From positions 1 to 27,174 of IMG/VR virus record IMGVR_UViG_3300030376_005442: DNA of 27,174 bases; one strand, given 5' to 3'. Shown here one piece after another: positions 18,093 to 25,371 of the stretch (positions are counted from its first letter, which is position 1; each line of letters starts with the position of its first letter). The position numbers were made by a program, and so were the translations under genes. The notes beneath the pieces were generated by a model. It did not search any database and was not told where the DNA came from. It saw only the letters and a list, made by a program, of their open reading frames with translations. Source of the DNA: a virus. Taxonomy: Duplodnaviria; Caudoviricetes.

Positions 18093-18278
18093 ATGCCTCA
18101 AGAACTACTCGCAGCCTTGATAGGGGCTGCTGTCTCTGGAGCGTTAATGGTTTTAGCGAACCAAACAAACAAGAGGCAACGAGATATACGTGAAATTTTC
18201 CATCGTTTAAATGCTATTGATAAGGAGCTTGCTACGCTTACAGCAACACGCAACCCAAATGGATGGAGGAAAAGATAG
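18093..18278 (+). CDS. Small membrane-anchored coiled-coil protein
   Basis: RBS AAGGA; TM segment LLAALIGAAVSGALMVLA followed by the coiled coil IREIFHRLNAIDKELATL. Confidence 0.7.
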   Translation: MPQELLAALIGAAVSGALMVLANQTNKRQRDIREIFHRLNAIDKELATLTATRNPNGWRKR

Positions 18279-18343
18279 CAACAGCTAAAGCCAGAATTAA
18301 GGAGTTAGAGGTATTAATTAAACACTGGGAGAAAAGAAAGTGA
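18263..18343 (+). CDS. 26-aa helical microprotein (MEEKIATAKARIKELEVLIKHWEKRK), not in the ORF track
   Basis: Translated by hand; overlaps the end of the upstream gene; clean amphipathic heptad pattern. Confidence 0.5.
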   Translation: MEEKIATAKARIKELEVLIKHWEKRK

Positions 18344-18417
18344 AATGCATGAAAGAATGATGACAGGTCTTAGAATAAGAGGGTCGTGTAACGTAGTAAT
18401 CAAACGGATTCAAACCA

Positions 18418-18657
18418 ATGGGAATTTCTAGCTTTCCAGGCGCAAACATTATCACCGACACTGCTGCTCATACGGGCAAATTTGCGAAGATCACTTGCTT
18501 AACAGATTCAACAGTTACTTTGGTTTCTCCAAACGTCACTAAAAACGGAACGACAACTGTTTCTGGAATTGTTTTAAAAGCAGGTACAGAGATAGAAGGA
18601 ATCTTCACTAGTGTCACTCAGACAAGTGCTGGATCACTTATTGCTTACAGCGTCTAA
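18418..18657 (+). CDS. Small beta-rich hypothetical protein, possibly a virion decoration protein
   Basis: 79 aa, Thr/Gly/Ile-rich short strands, ends GSLIAY; function inferred only from composition. Confidence 0.7.
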   Translation: MGISSFPGANIITDTAAHTGKFAKITCLTDSTVTLVSPNVTKNGTTTVSGIVLKAGTEIEGIFTSVTQTSAGSLIAYSV

Positions 18658-18694
18658 AACAAAACCCCCTAGCGTCCTCTAAGAGCTAAGGGGT
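18656..18694 (-). terminator. Intrinsic terminator for a minus-strand transcript, possibly bidirectional
   Basis: Minus-strand stem ACCCCUUAGC/GCUAGGGGGU (10 bp, one GU pair) followed by UUUGUUUU; the + strand version has a C-A mismatch. Confidence 0.7.
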
Positions 18695-18769
18695 AATGTT
18701 TAACATTGAGGTAGTTATCTAATCTCACCACATGTTTTTAAAGTAAGCTTGCGGCCTCCTGGTAAATTT

Positions 18770-18880
18770 CTATTTAACTTTAGCCGCATTTATTTTGCTC
18801 TTCAATAGGTAAGCCCTCTCAATTTGCCTTCTTTTTTCTAGGCAGTGTGAACAAAAACATACAATGGTTTTTTGCTCCAT
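18770..18880 (-). CDS. 36-aa CxCxHC microprotein (MEQKTIVCFCSHCLEKRRQIERAYLLKSKINAAKVK), not in the ORF track
   Basis: Translated by hand; AGGA just upstream; followed by a minus-strand terminator. Confidence 0.6.
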   Translation of the reverse strand: MEQKTIVCFCSHCLEKRRQIERAYLLKSKINAAKVK

Positions 18881-18909
18881 AATCCTGCTAACTTGATTAT
18901 CGGTTGGAA

Positions 18910-18948
18910 CAGAAAAACCTCCCTTTCTGTGCAAATCTAGGGAGGTTT
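18910..18948 (-). terminator. Hairpin with a minus-strand U-tract
   Basis: Perfect 10-bp inverted repeat AAACCTCCCT (18915-18924) / AGGGAGGTTT (18939-18948); the minus strand ends GGGAGGUUUUUCU. Confidence 0.6.
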
Positions 18949-19007
18949 AACTGGGGTGTATGGGGCCACCAAGCCAAATGTAGCTGTTTTATATAGGATT
19001 GTGAAGA

Positions 19008-19205
19008 GTGAGTCTAATTATGCGAAAACTAGCTAAACCTTTTCTACCTCTTCTTTATGCTTTTTTGCGTAGTGAAACAGGTAAAAAATTGTTACTGGAT
19101 CTATTGAGATCAGCAGCAAAACAGACTACAAATACACTTGATGACGAGGCTGTAAACTTCCTTCAGTCAAGGTTATACCCTGGTTCTACTACTAAATTAC
19201 AATGA
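19008..19205 (+). CDS. Small amphipathic helical hypothetical protein
   Basis: KPFLPLLYAFL..KKLLLDLL..T.NTLDD.AV.FL pattern; the true start may be ATG 19020. Confidence 0.7.
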   Translation: MSLIMRKLAKPFLPLLYAFLRSETGKKLLLDLLRSAAKQTTNTLDDEAVNFLQSRLYPGSTTKLQ

Positions 19206-19366
19206 CCGAATACAAGGCAGAATGGTTAGAAGAGGACAGACAAAGGATGTTAAATATGGAGCGTTGGTACGTTCTTGATGGTCGTCACCTACCTGACAAT
19301 CCTATGCACGGCTTATACACTGGGTTAGCAGCTAAAGGTAAAGAATTAGATGGAGAATTTGGATGA
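19202..19366 (+). CDS. 54-aa hypothetical protein (MTEYKAEWLEEDRQRMLNMERWYVLDGRHLPDNPMHGLYTGLAAKGKELDGEFG), not in the ORF track
   Basis: Translated by hand; ATGA overlap with the upstream gene; fills the gap to the 19350 gene. Confidence 0.7.
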   Translation: MTEYKAEWLEEDRQRMLNMERWYVLDGRHLPDNPMHGLYTGLAAKGKELDGEFG

Positions 19367-19640
19367 ACAGTTCATTCTGTTGGATCAGTTAATGGAACCC
19401 CCTTCAGTAGAACAAGAACTGGAGCTGGAGAAAAAGATACGTTGGTTCACAGAGGGAGCATCTAAAGATCAGCTCATAAGGCACTGCGAAGCAGTAGAAA
19501 GAAACCACTTCCATCAATCACAATTCATTGCTAACTGTCTAACCGAAATTGCTAGATGCAAAGCTAAGATTGCTTGTTTAGAAAATCCTGTAAGACAACC
19601 TACATTCAAGAATTGGTTAAGAAAGGTACTTGATCTTTAG
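19350..19640 (+). CDS. Hypothetical helical protein
   Basis: 96-aa ORF; last + strand gene before the strand switch. Confidence 0.7.
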   Translation: MENLDEQFILLDQLMEPPSVEQELELEKKIRWFTEGASKDQLIRHCEAVERNHFHQSQFIANCLTEIARCKAKIACLENPVRQPTFKNWLRKVLDL

Positions 19641-19927
19641 CTGTAGTGGTTATTAACGATGTACTCATCGTAGTCAGTGTCCTCTTCCATATAACGTCCC
19701 AGGTTAAGCATACATAATCTTTTGGCTGCTAGATAACAGTCTTCGTCTGTATAACCTTGAATTTTCAAAAATTCGTAAAAGTCTACAAGTGCTTCACATA
19801 CTTGACCCATAGTTACTAAGGTCTGTTCATTTTCTTTAATTAAGGCTCTAAGTCTTATCTCACTTAACCCCATAGGGCCATAAGTCCTTTTCTGCTTCTT
19901 AGTACCTTCGTTGTCTTTAAATTCCAT
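19637..19927 (-). CDS. Hypothetical protein
   Basis: 96-aa ORF; last gene of the tightly packed minus-strand operon. Confidence 0.65.
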   Translation of the reverse strand: MEFKDNEGTKKQKRTYGPMGLSEIRLRALIKENEQTLVTMGQVCEALVDFYEFLKIQGYTDEDCYLAAKRLCMLNLGRYMEEDTDYDEYIVNNHYS

Positions 19928-19931
19928 AGTT

Positions 19932-20153
19932 TTATGTGGAGGGTATAAAGGTTGCGTTAGATCCTGTCTTTATCCATTTAACTTCGCCGTCTTTAACAGC
20001 TACTTCTGGATACTGAATGGAGTACCAACGATGGTCACACTTGACGCATCGCCTACGTCTAATAGTGACTCCATCACTGGCACGTTTAGTGCATACAACT
20101 CTAGTCCTAACTTCAGCGCACTTAGGACACGCAGCTTGAATTTTGTTAATCAT
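19932..20153 (-). CDS. Stand-alone NrdR-like zinc-ribbon protein (no ATP-cone)
   Basis: CPKC...TRV..T......IRRRRCVKCDHRWYS matches the NrdR N-terminal Zn ribbon (CPxC...RRRxCxxC). Confidence 0.78.
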   Translation of the reverse strand: MINKIQAACPKCAEVRTRVVCTKRASDGVTIRRRRCVKCDHRWYSIQYPEVAVKDGEVKWIKTGSNATFIPST

Positions 20154-20375
20154 TTATGGTGCTGGAACTAATATGTGCTGTGCGTGCTCACTACGCCTAC
20201 CGTCAGGCCATTTAACCTCGTAGTAGTAACAAATTCGATCTCTCTTGTTGTACTTCTCTATAACCTTGATAACGGTTCCTCTATTGGATTCTGTTCTAAG
20301 GAATACTCCTGTGTTTCTTTTCTTATTGACTTGATCATTAATCTTATATTTGGGAGTTACAGAAGCAGTTGTCAT
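20154..20375 (-). CDS. Small basic SH3/KOW-like hypothetical protein
   Basis: KYKINDQV...RGTVIKV...YYYEVKWPDG pattern; coupled to neighbouring genes. Confidence 0.65.
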   Translation of the reverse strand: MTTASVTPKYKINDQVNKKRNTGVFLRTESNRGTVIKVIEKYNKRDRICYYYEVKWPDGRRSEHAQHILVPAP

Positions 20376-20560
20376 AGTTCTTTTTTCCAGAGTATTGAAG
20401 CGTTTGGGTTATTAAGTTTAGCTTTCTTATGTGCCTCTTCTTTTGAATACCCCCAATAATTCATATTTCTACCATTTCGTCTAGGTTCGCAAACCCAAAA
20501 TTGGTGAAGCTTTGCTACTGGTGGCACGTTTTCAGCAGTAACAGAAGAGAAATAAGTCAT
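20372..20560 (-). CDS. Hypothetical protein
   Basis: 62-aa ORF with start/stop overlaps on both sides. Confidence 0.65.
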   Translation of the reverse strand: MTYFSSVTAENVPPVAKLHQFWVCEPRRNGRNMNYWGYSKEEAHKKAKLNNPNASILWKKEL

Positions 20561-20808
20561 TAAGTTTTTTTAGAGGGTCTGCCTTGAACACGTTTATGGA
20601 TAGACTTTTTCCATATAGCTTCGTCTGCTGCTTCAGCTTCGTTGTATTTGGAGCGTGTCAACTCCCGTTTTAATTGGGCATAGATTGCATTTCTAATCCA
20701 GGCTGTAACTCGTATGCCTTCTGCTTCTGCTTGTTCCTGAGCTAACTTAGCTCGATTTGGATCAAGCAAAATCTGCATATAAGTTTTATTACCATGTTTA
20801 AGAGCCAT
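20560..20808 (-). CDS. Putative ribbon-helix-helix DNA-binding protein
   Basis: Strand KTYMQILLD, helix, G-IRVTAWIRNAI helix: the CopG/Arc-like pattern. Confidence 0.6.
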   Translation of the reverse strand: MALKHGNKTYMQILLDPNRAKLAQEQAEAEGIRVTAWIRNAIYAQLKRELTRSKYNEAEAADEAIWKKSIHKRVQGRPSKKT

Positions 20809-20833
20809 TGAAATAGGTAGCCGTTGTACTACT

Positions 20834-21043
20834 CTACCACGAAATAGGTCTATCGACTTTTCTTCGTGCTGAATCTTTCATTGCTTGCCTAGAAGCTTTA
20901 CGGTGTCCTGTTTTACCTCGCCTTATTTTCCTAGCCCCCTCTAAAAACTCTGCTGCTCGCTGTAAATCACCAGTAGTGGCTAAACAGATCTCTCCATTTA
21001 GCCGTTCTACTATGATTTGTCTAGGGGATTTGTCTATAGCCAA
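20834..21043 (-). CDS. Small basic hypothetical protein
   Basis: 69 aa, TTG start, Arg/Lys-rich C-terminus. Confidence 0.6.
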   Translation of the reverse strand: MAIDKSPRQIIVERLNGEICLATTGDLQRAAEFLEGARKIRRGKTGHRKASRQAMKDSARRKVDRPISW

Positions 21044-21090
21044 GGCGTTAAATGTATTTTAGCTCTGTACTAGACTAACTATATATCCGA

Positions 21091-23079
21091 CTAATGCACC
21101 TCACTCCACTTTTTACCAACAGATGTTTCTGCCAATGGAGGTATGTCTCCTTCGTTTGGTGTTAAGTAATCAAGCCATATTCCTTCTGCCTGTTCCATAA
21201 TGCTGCTGAGTTTCTTAGACCATTTATCCTCAAATCCCTCCTTAACTAATAGGAGTAATTCGTCATGCACAGCAGCCGCAATCTTGACTTCCTTTTCTCC
21301 TGCCTTATAAACCTCTTTCCATAGTTCACCTAATGCCATCTTCAATATGGCTGCCCCTGCACCCTGTATAGGTGTGTTACATCTAACAGTAACCTTATTC
21401 AAATCCCCTGGTAATAAACGCTTCATTTTAGATAAAGGTATGCGAATAAAGGGAAGTGCATCCGTTCCACCAGCATCAGTGGCTTTGTTAAGAGTCCTTT
21501 GAGCCTTAGCAGCTTCAGCAGCATTGTCCTCCTGCCACTTCCTTATTCCCTGGTACGTCTGCAACCAATCCTCTCTGATCTTTATTGCTTCAGGCATGGT
21601 CATTGTTACTCCACTTGCACCTGCGTAATTCCTCAGACCTTCTGCACCCGCCCCATACAACAAACCAAAGTTTGCTGATTTTGCTATCTGCCTATCACAA
21701 CCCATCGCATTAGCGGTGAACTCATGTAAGTCTCCACCTTCTTTAAATACAGATGCCATGTTTTTATCTTGGGCCAAAGCAGCAGCCAAGCGAAGTTCCA
21801 TCTGTCCATAGTCAGCATCTACTAAGGACCAACCTTCAGGAGCTTGAACACATTGCCTAAAAGAAGCATCTCTAGGAATCTGCTGATTATTGGGTTTAAT
21901 ACAACTCATTCGACCTGTATCTGCCCCAAGCTGCATATATGAAGCTCGAACAAAACCATCACTAGCCATTTTCTCCTTAATGGAAGTGACCATCTGCCTT
22001 CTCTTCTCTGTCTTCTTCCATTGCAGATACTTATGCACTACCTCATGGTCTGCTGTATAAGATCTCAAAGCTTGCCTTGACGCACTGGGTTTACCCTTTG
22101 CATCTCTAGGCTCTTCACCTAAAACAGCAGTGAATTTTTCCAGTAGTTGTTTAGGGCTATTAAGGTTAAATCCCCTGTACTTTTTAGTACCAAGACGTAT
22201 TGAACCTTCGTCTTTCGCACGTAAATTAAACGCTTCCATTTCTAGCTCTTCTATCTCCTCGTACAAACGTGCCCTAGTTTCTGGATCGTGCCCTGGTTCG
22301 CACAACTTATCCTTAATCTCAGTGATCCTTACATGAGCGTCACCTTCTCTAGGAAGTTTCAGCTCATCAGGCAAAGCCTTATTTAGGTCTTCCAAAAATT
22401 CTTTACCCATATTCTCTGCATCAAATTCGTAGTCCTTACGGCACTGCTCTAATGCTTCAGCGTTCCAGGGTAAACCTGTTCTCCACATCTGAGCCAAAGC
22501 TGGTATAGCTCTAGACTCTAGGATCTCAGCTTTTCTCAACTGCCCATACTGAAGCTTCCTTTCCATAACCTCATACAGATCAGGTAAAACCTCCACATCT
22601 TTAGCAGCGTAGGCTTTCTGTTCCTCACTTAAATAAGGTGCGCTCCAATCAGAAGTTTGCTGCTCTTTAGATAGTTCTATATCTAAATGCTTTTTACAAA
22701 CAGCAGCTAAACCATGCTTTAACCCTGGTATGCCATTGGTAAGCAAGCGATTAGCCAGCATCGTGCATTTAATACCTGTGTTCAAGGTGTTGGGATGTAT
22801 CCCGTATTCCTGAAGCCAAGCAATATCAAATACAGCATTGTGGGCTATCCACATTCGAGGTGTATTGAAAAACCTCCTTACCTGCTCAAAATCATCTTGC
22901 GTTAGATCAAAGCAGTCAAGAACAACAACACTAGCTCTACTCTTACAAGCAAGCTGGATTAAACGCAGCTTTCCCTGTTCAGGTTGTAACTGGAGCGTTT
23001 CTGTATCGAACGCTATGGATACGGATGTTTGAAGCACGTTTAGATGCTCAATACCGTAGTACACTTTGTAGTTAATCAT
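21091..23079 (-). CDS. polA: Family A DNA polymerase with 3'-5' exonuclease domain (no 5'-3' exonuclease)
   Basis: Exo I AFDTET, Exo II HNAVFD, Exo III YAAKD; TGRMS..PN.QQIPR; motif A DADYGQMELR; motif B RQIAKSANFGLLYG (Phe at the 762-equivalent); NTPIQG; motif C VHDEL. Confidence 0.96.
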   Translation of the reverse strand: MINYKVYYGIEHLNVLQTSVSIAFDTETLQLQPEQGKLRLIQLACKSRASVVVLDCFDLTQDDFEQVRRFFNTPRMWIAHNAVFDIAWLQEYGIHPNTLNTGIKCTMLANRLLTNGIPGLKHGLAAVCKKHLDIELSKEQQTSDWSAPYLSEEQKAYAAKDVEVLPDLYEVMERKLQYGQLRKAEILESRAIPALAQMWRTGLPWNAEALEQCRKDYEFDAENMGKEFLEDLNKALPDELKLPREGDAHVRITEIKDKLCEPGHDPETRARLYEEIEELEMEAFNLRAKDEGSIRLGTKKYRGFNLNSPKQLLEKFTAVLGEEPRDAKGKPSASRQALRSYTADHEVVHKYLQWKKTEKRRQMVTSIKEKMASDGFVRASYMQLGADTGRMSCIKPNNQQIPRDASFRQCVQAPEGWSLVDADYGQMELRLAAALAQDKNMASVFKEGGDLHEFTANAMGCDRQIAKSANFGLLYGAGAEGLRNYAGASGVTMTMPEAIKIREDWLQTYQGIRKWQEDNAAEAAKAQRTLNKATDAGGTDALPFIRIPLSKMKRLLPGDLNKVTVRCNTPIQGAGAAILKMALGELWKEVYKAGEKEVKIAAAVHDELLLLVKEGFEDKWSKKLSSIMEQAEGIWLDYLTPNEGDIPPLAETSVGKKWSEVH

Positions 23080-23311
23080 CTAACTTAAGCTCCAACTGTC
23101 TAGGGTCGTTTGTTCTAAGAAGGTGGTCCAGTAAATCTGAAGTTGCCTTGCTATAACCTTCGTAACAAGCCCACTTTTCACGGGCCAGGTCATAGTCTTT
23201 TACTTGCATAGCTTCGTTATACTCTTGGCGATAACGCTTCTGCTTATCGAACAGCTCTGTATGTGCATCTAGTAATGCAGTTTGCTTGTTCAAACGAGTT
23301 TTGAGGTCCAT
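23072..23311 (-). CDS. Hypothetical helical protein
   Basis: 79-aa ORF overlapping the polymerase start. Confidence 0.65.
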   Translation of the reverse strand: MDLKTRLNKQTALLDAHTELFDKQKRYRQEYNEAMQVKDYDLAREKWACYEGYSKATSDLLDHLLRTNDPRQLELKLDD

Positions 23312-23313
23312 AA

Positions 23314-24048
23314 TTAATGTCCGTAGTGATCTCTGAGGTACTTGGGAATTTTGTCTGAATAACCGTTATTAGTTAGAGTTCTAACTAACTTCTTCCACTG
23401 AAATTCGTATTTTCTAGATACTTCAGGAAAGCTATATCCTAAGTAGTATCTTTTACAATTTTCAAACGGTAAGTGGAACATTTGAGGGATAACACGTTTA
23501 AGTAAATAACCTAAATTGTGCTTCTGTTCGTGACTCTTTCGGTAGTCGTTGTTTTTATGCCACTTAAATATGTAAGTAAGCACTCTATCCACAACTTCTT
23601 TATCCGTAATGGCACGATTAGCCTTCCTAGCTTCTCTCTCAATGCTGGTATCTTTCCAGTTAAGAGGTTTTTGTTCTACAGGAGGTAGAACAGTCACTTT
23701 AGGTTCAGAATCTTCGAGAACTGCATCTCTAATGACCTGAACTAAAGCAGGAGGAGCAGGTTTCTTTTCTTCTACTTTCTCTTCTTTTTCAAGAGCAGCT
23801 TGCTTCGCTTTGATAGCGGCTAACTCTTTACTGGAGCGTGGTCTAGTACCAACTTCACTTGTTATAAAAGCGAACTGGTCAAGAGAAGTAGAGACAGTAA
23901 TCCTGGTGATAGTTTCCTGCTTAATATCTTCCTCTTCGTAAGATATATAGACAGTGTTATCTATAACCTGGACAGCAGAAATACGAGCTGTACTTAAGTC
24001 AAGTTTCTTCTTTTTAATGAAGAACTCCTGTTCAGTGATTTCTATCAT
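23314..24048 (-). CDS. Hypothetical protein
   Basis: 244-aa ORF, two domains joined by a charged/Pro linker; no recognised motif. Confidence 0.75.
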   Translation of the reverse strand: MIEITEQEFFIKKKKLDLSTARISAVQVIDNTVYISYEEEDIKQETITRITVSTSLDQFAFITSEVGTRPRSSKELAAIKAKQAALEKEEKVEEKKPAPPALVQVIRDAVLEDSEPKVTVLPPVEQKPLNWKDTSIEREARKANRAITDKEVVDRVLTYIFKWHKNNDYRKSHEQKHNLGYLLKRVIPQMFHLPFENCKRYYLGYSFPEVSRKYEFQWKKLVRTLTNNGYSDKIPKYLRDHYGH

Positions 24049-24206
24049 TTAGCCTCTCCCTGAAGGACAAGTATTTTGTGCATAAGTAAATGCAGTTCAG
24101 CTATCTCATCTTTAACTGCATCCCAATCTCCGCACATAACTTTATCGTGTTCGTCACGAACCAGGTTATAAAGAATGTCTAGCTCGTCTTTAGATAAGTT
24201 ATACAT
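24045..24206 (-). CDS. 53-aa hypothetical protein (MYNLSKDELDILYNLVRDEHDK...), not in the ORF track
   Basis: Translated by hand; GGAGG RBS upstream; ATGA overlap with the downstream gene. Confidence 0.7.
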   Translation of the reverse strand: MYNLSKDELDILYNLVRDEHDKVMCGDWDAVKDEIAELHLLMHKILVLQGEAK

Positions 24207-24208
24207 AG

Positions 24209-24562
24209 TTAATTATTGTCCTCCAAGTCCTTAATTACGGGACACTTGATAGAAGGGCATGATGTGTGCTGTACTGGCTCATTTTTGTAACCAAGCATTG
24301 CAAGCATCTCCTGTTCAATCTTACCTATCAAATCATCTTGATCTTCGTGAGAGGCTTTCCCATCTTTATCAAGCTTATTATGTCCAGTAAGACCGTAAAA
24401 AGAGTTATGCAATTTAGCGTACTCTAATTGGTCAGAATGAAGTTCCTGTAAGCCTGTACATATAACTAAAGCCAAGTAAGACTTAACTTCTCTTAAATGG
24501 TATTTAGCAAGAATTTTAATAACTCTTTCTTGCAACTTTGTGAGTTTTAGCTCTTGTGGCAT
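24209..24562 (-). CDS. Hypothetical protein
   Basis: 117-aa ORF in operon orientation. Confidence 0.65.
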   Translation of the reverse strand: MPQELKLTKLQERVIKILAKYHLREVKSYLALVICTGLQELHSDQLEYAKLHNSFYGLTGHNKLDKDGKASHEDQDDLIGKIEQEMLAMLGYKNEPVQHTSCPSIKCPVIKDLEDNN

Positions 24563-24606
24563 TTGGGTTTAACGGAATGATTACCGCCCCTGTAAATTAC
24601 TCTCTT

Positions 24607-24629
24607 ATTGTAGCAGGACGTTGTACTAC
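24607..24629 (-). promoter_or_regulatory. Putative extended -10 promoter (TGcTACAAT) with adjacent GTAGTACAACG motif
   Basis: ATTGTAGCA at 24607-24615 on +; the 11-mer at 24619-24629 recurs at 20822-20832. Confidence 0.45.
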
Positions 24630-24680
24630 ATAGTTAATTCTCAAGGGTTTTGTTAAGAGATAGAAATAAATGTGTATCTC

Positions 24681-25292
24681 TTATACCTTTGTTTCCTGTC
24701 TAAGATTAGACCCTGCATGTTCTATAGCGTCTTCGTAACTCCAGTTTGTATGGTCTACAGATACAGAAGGTTTCTCTATCACCCAACCATCAGCAGCAGA
24801 AACACAACCACATGCAGGGCATGTATTTCTCAAGTTAAACATAGGTCTTAGTTTAAGTAATGTTGGTCTGCCTAATTTGTAGCAGTGATGGTAGTTGAAT
24901 AAACGCCCAAATAGAGGTGACATACGATTACTTATTATCGGCTTACCTAATTTTCCTTCTGCTGTCAGTACTTCTTTTACTCGTTGGTTATTAAATATGG
25001 GGTTAGGCATAGAATTTATATCTTTTATGATGTTCATAGACCCCATTGAGTCGTGATCATCCCTTAAGTCATAGTCATAAGTGACCTTACAAAACATGTG
25101 CCATGCAAGTTTCCCCAAAGTTGTTTCTAGATAAGCTTGAAGTTCTTCGTACTTATACATCTGCCCCGATTCCTTAAGACCTAAGTCTTTCCCCATATCG
25201 TAGTAAACTGTTGGTATATTTCGATCATCTTCAAACCAGTCTAAACGAGGGACATACTTGTATTCCCCGTACATATCCGAAAATCTAGTCAT
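24681..25292 (-). CDS. Hypothetical protein with a CPACGC motif
   Basis: 203-aa ORF preceded by its own promoter-like sequence. Confidence 0.7.
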   Translation of the reverse strand: MTRFSDMYGEYKYVPRLDWFEDDRNIPTVYYDMGKDLGLKESGQMYKYEELQAYLETTLGKLAWHMFCKVTYDYDLRDDHDSMGSMNIIKDINSMPNPIFNNQRVKEVLTAEGKLGKPIISNRMSPLFGRLFNYHHCYKLGRPTLLKLRPMFNLRNTCPACGCVSAADGWVIEKPSVSVDHTNWSYEDAIEHAGSNLRQETKV

Positions 25293-25314
25293 ACATTGTT
25301 CTATTAGTTTAACA

Positions 25315-25343
25315 AGTATAACAGGGGCGTTATTCTGCTACAA
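25315..25343 (-). promoter_or_regulatory. Sigma70-type promoter TTGTAG-N17-TATACT with TG extension
   Basis: Minus strand reads TTGTAG cagaataacgcccctgt TATACT, 22 nt upstream of ATG 25292. Confidence 0.6.
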
Positions 25344-25371
25344 CTTTATTTTCAACACTTTAAATACCTAT

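Noticed and set aside
18048-18101. Upstream extension of the 2-TM gene to ATG 18101 as given in the ORF track
   Set aside because: It would overlap the divergent gene start at 18093 and leave no promoter space; ATG 18047 is more plausible.
18695-18770. tRNA, hammerhead ribozyme or known riboswitch in the non-coding patch
   Set aside because: No cloverleaf or T-loop, no CUGAUGA/GAAA core, and no recognised aptamer consensus by eye; an Rfam scan would be needed to exclude these fully.
19637-19640. Overlapping stop codons at the late/early strand switch
   Set aside because: Common compaction in phage genomes; no extra structure seen.
21091-23079. Polymerase as a DpoZ-type, intein-containing or intron-split enzyme
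   Set aside because: Continuous ORF with canonical motifs, no intein termini, and no purZ-like or base-modification gene in the window.
24610-24630. NtcA box (GTA-N8-TAC) or full LexA box
   Set aside because: GTA/TAC spacing does not equal 8 here or at 20817-20832, and only a LexA-like half-site is present.
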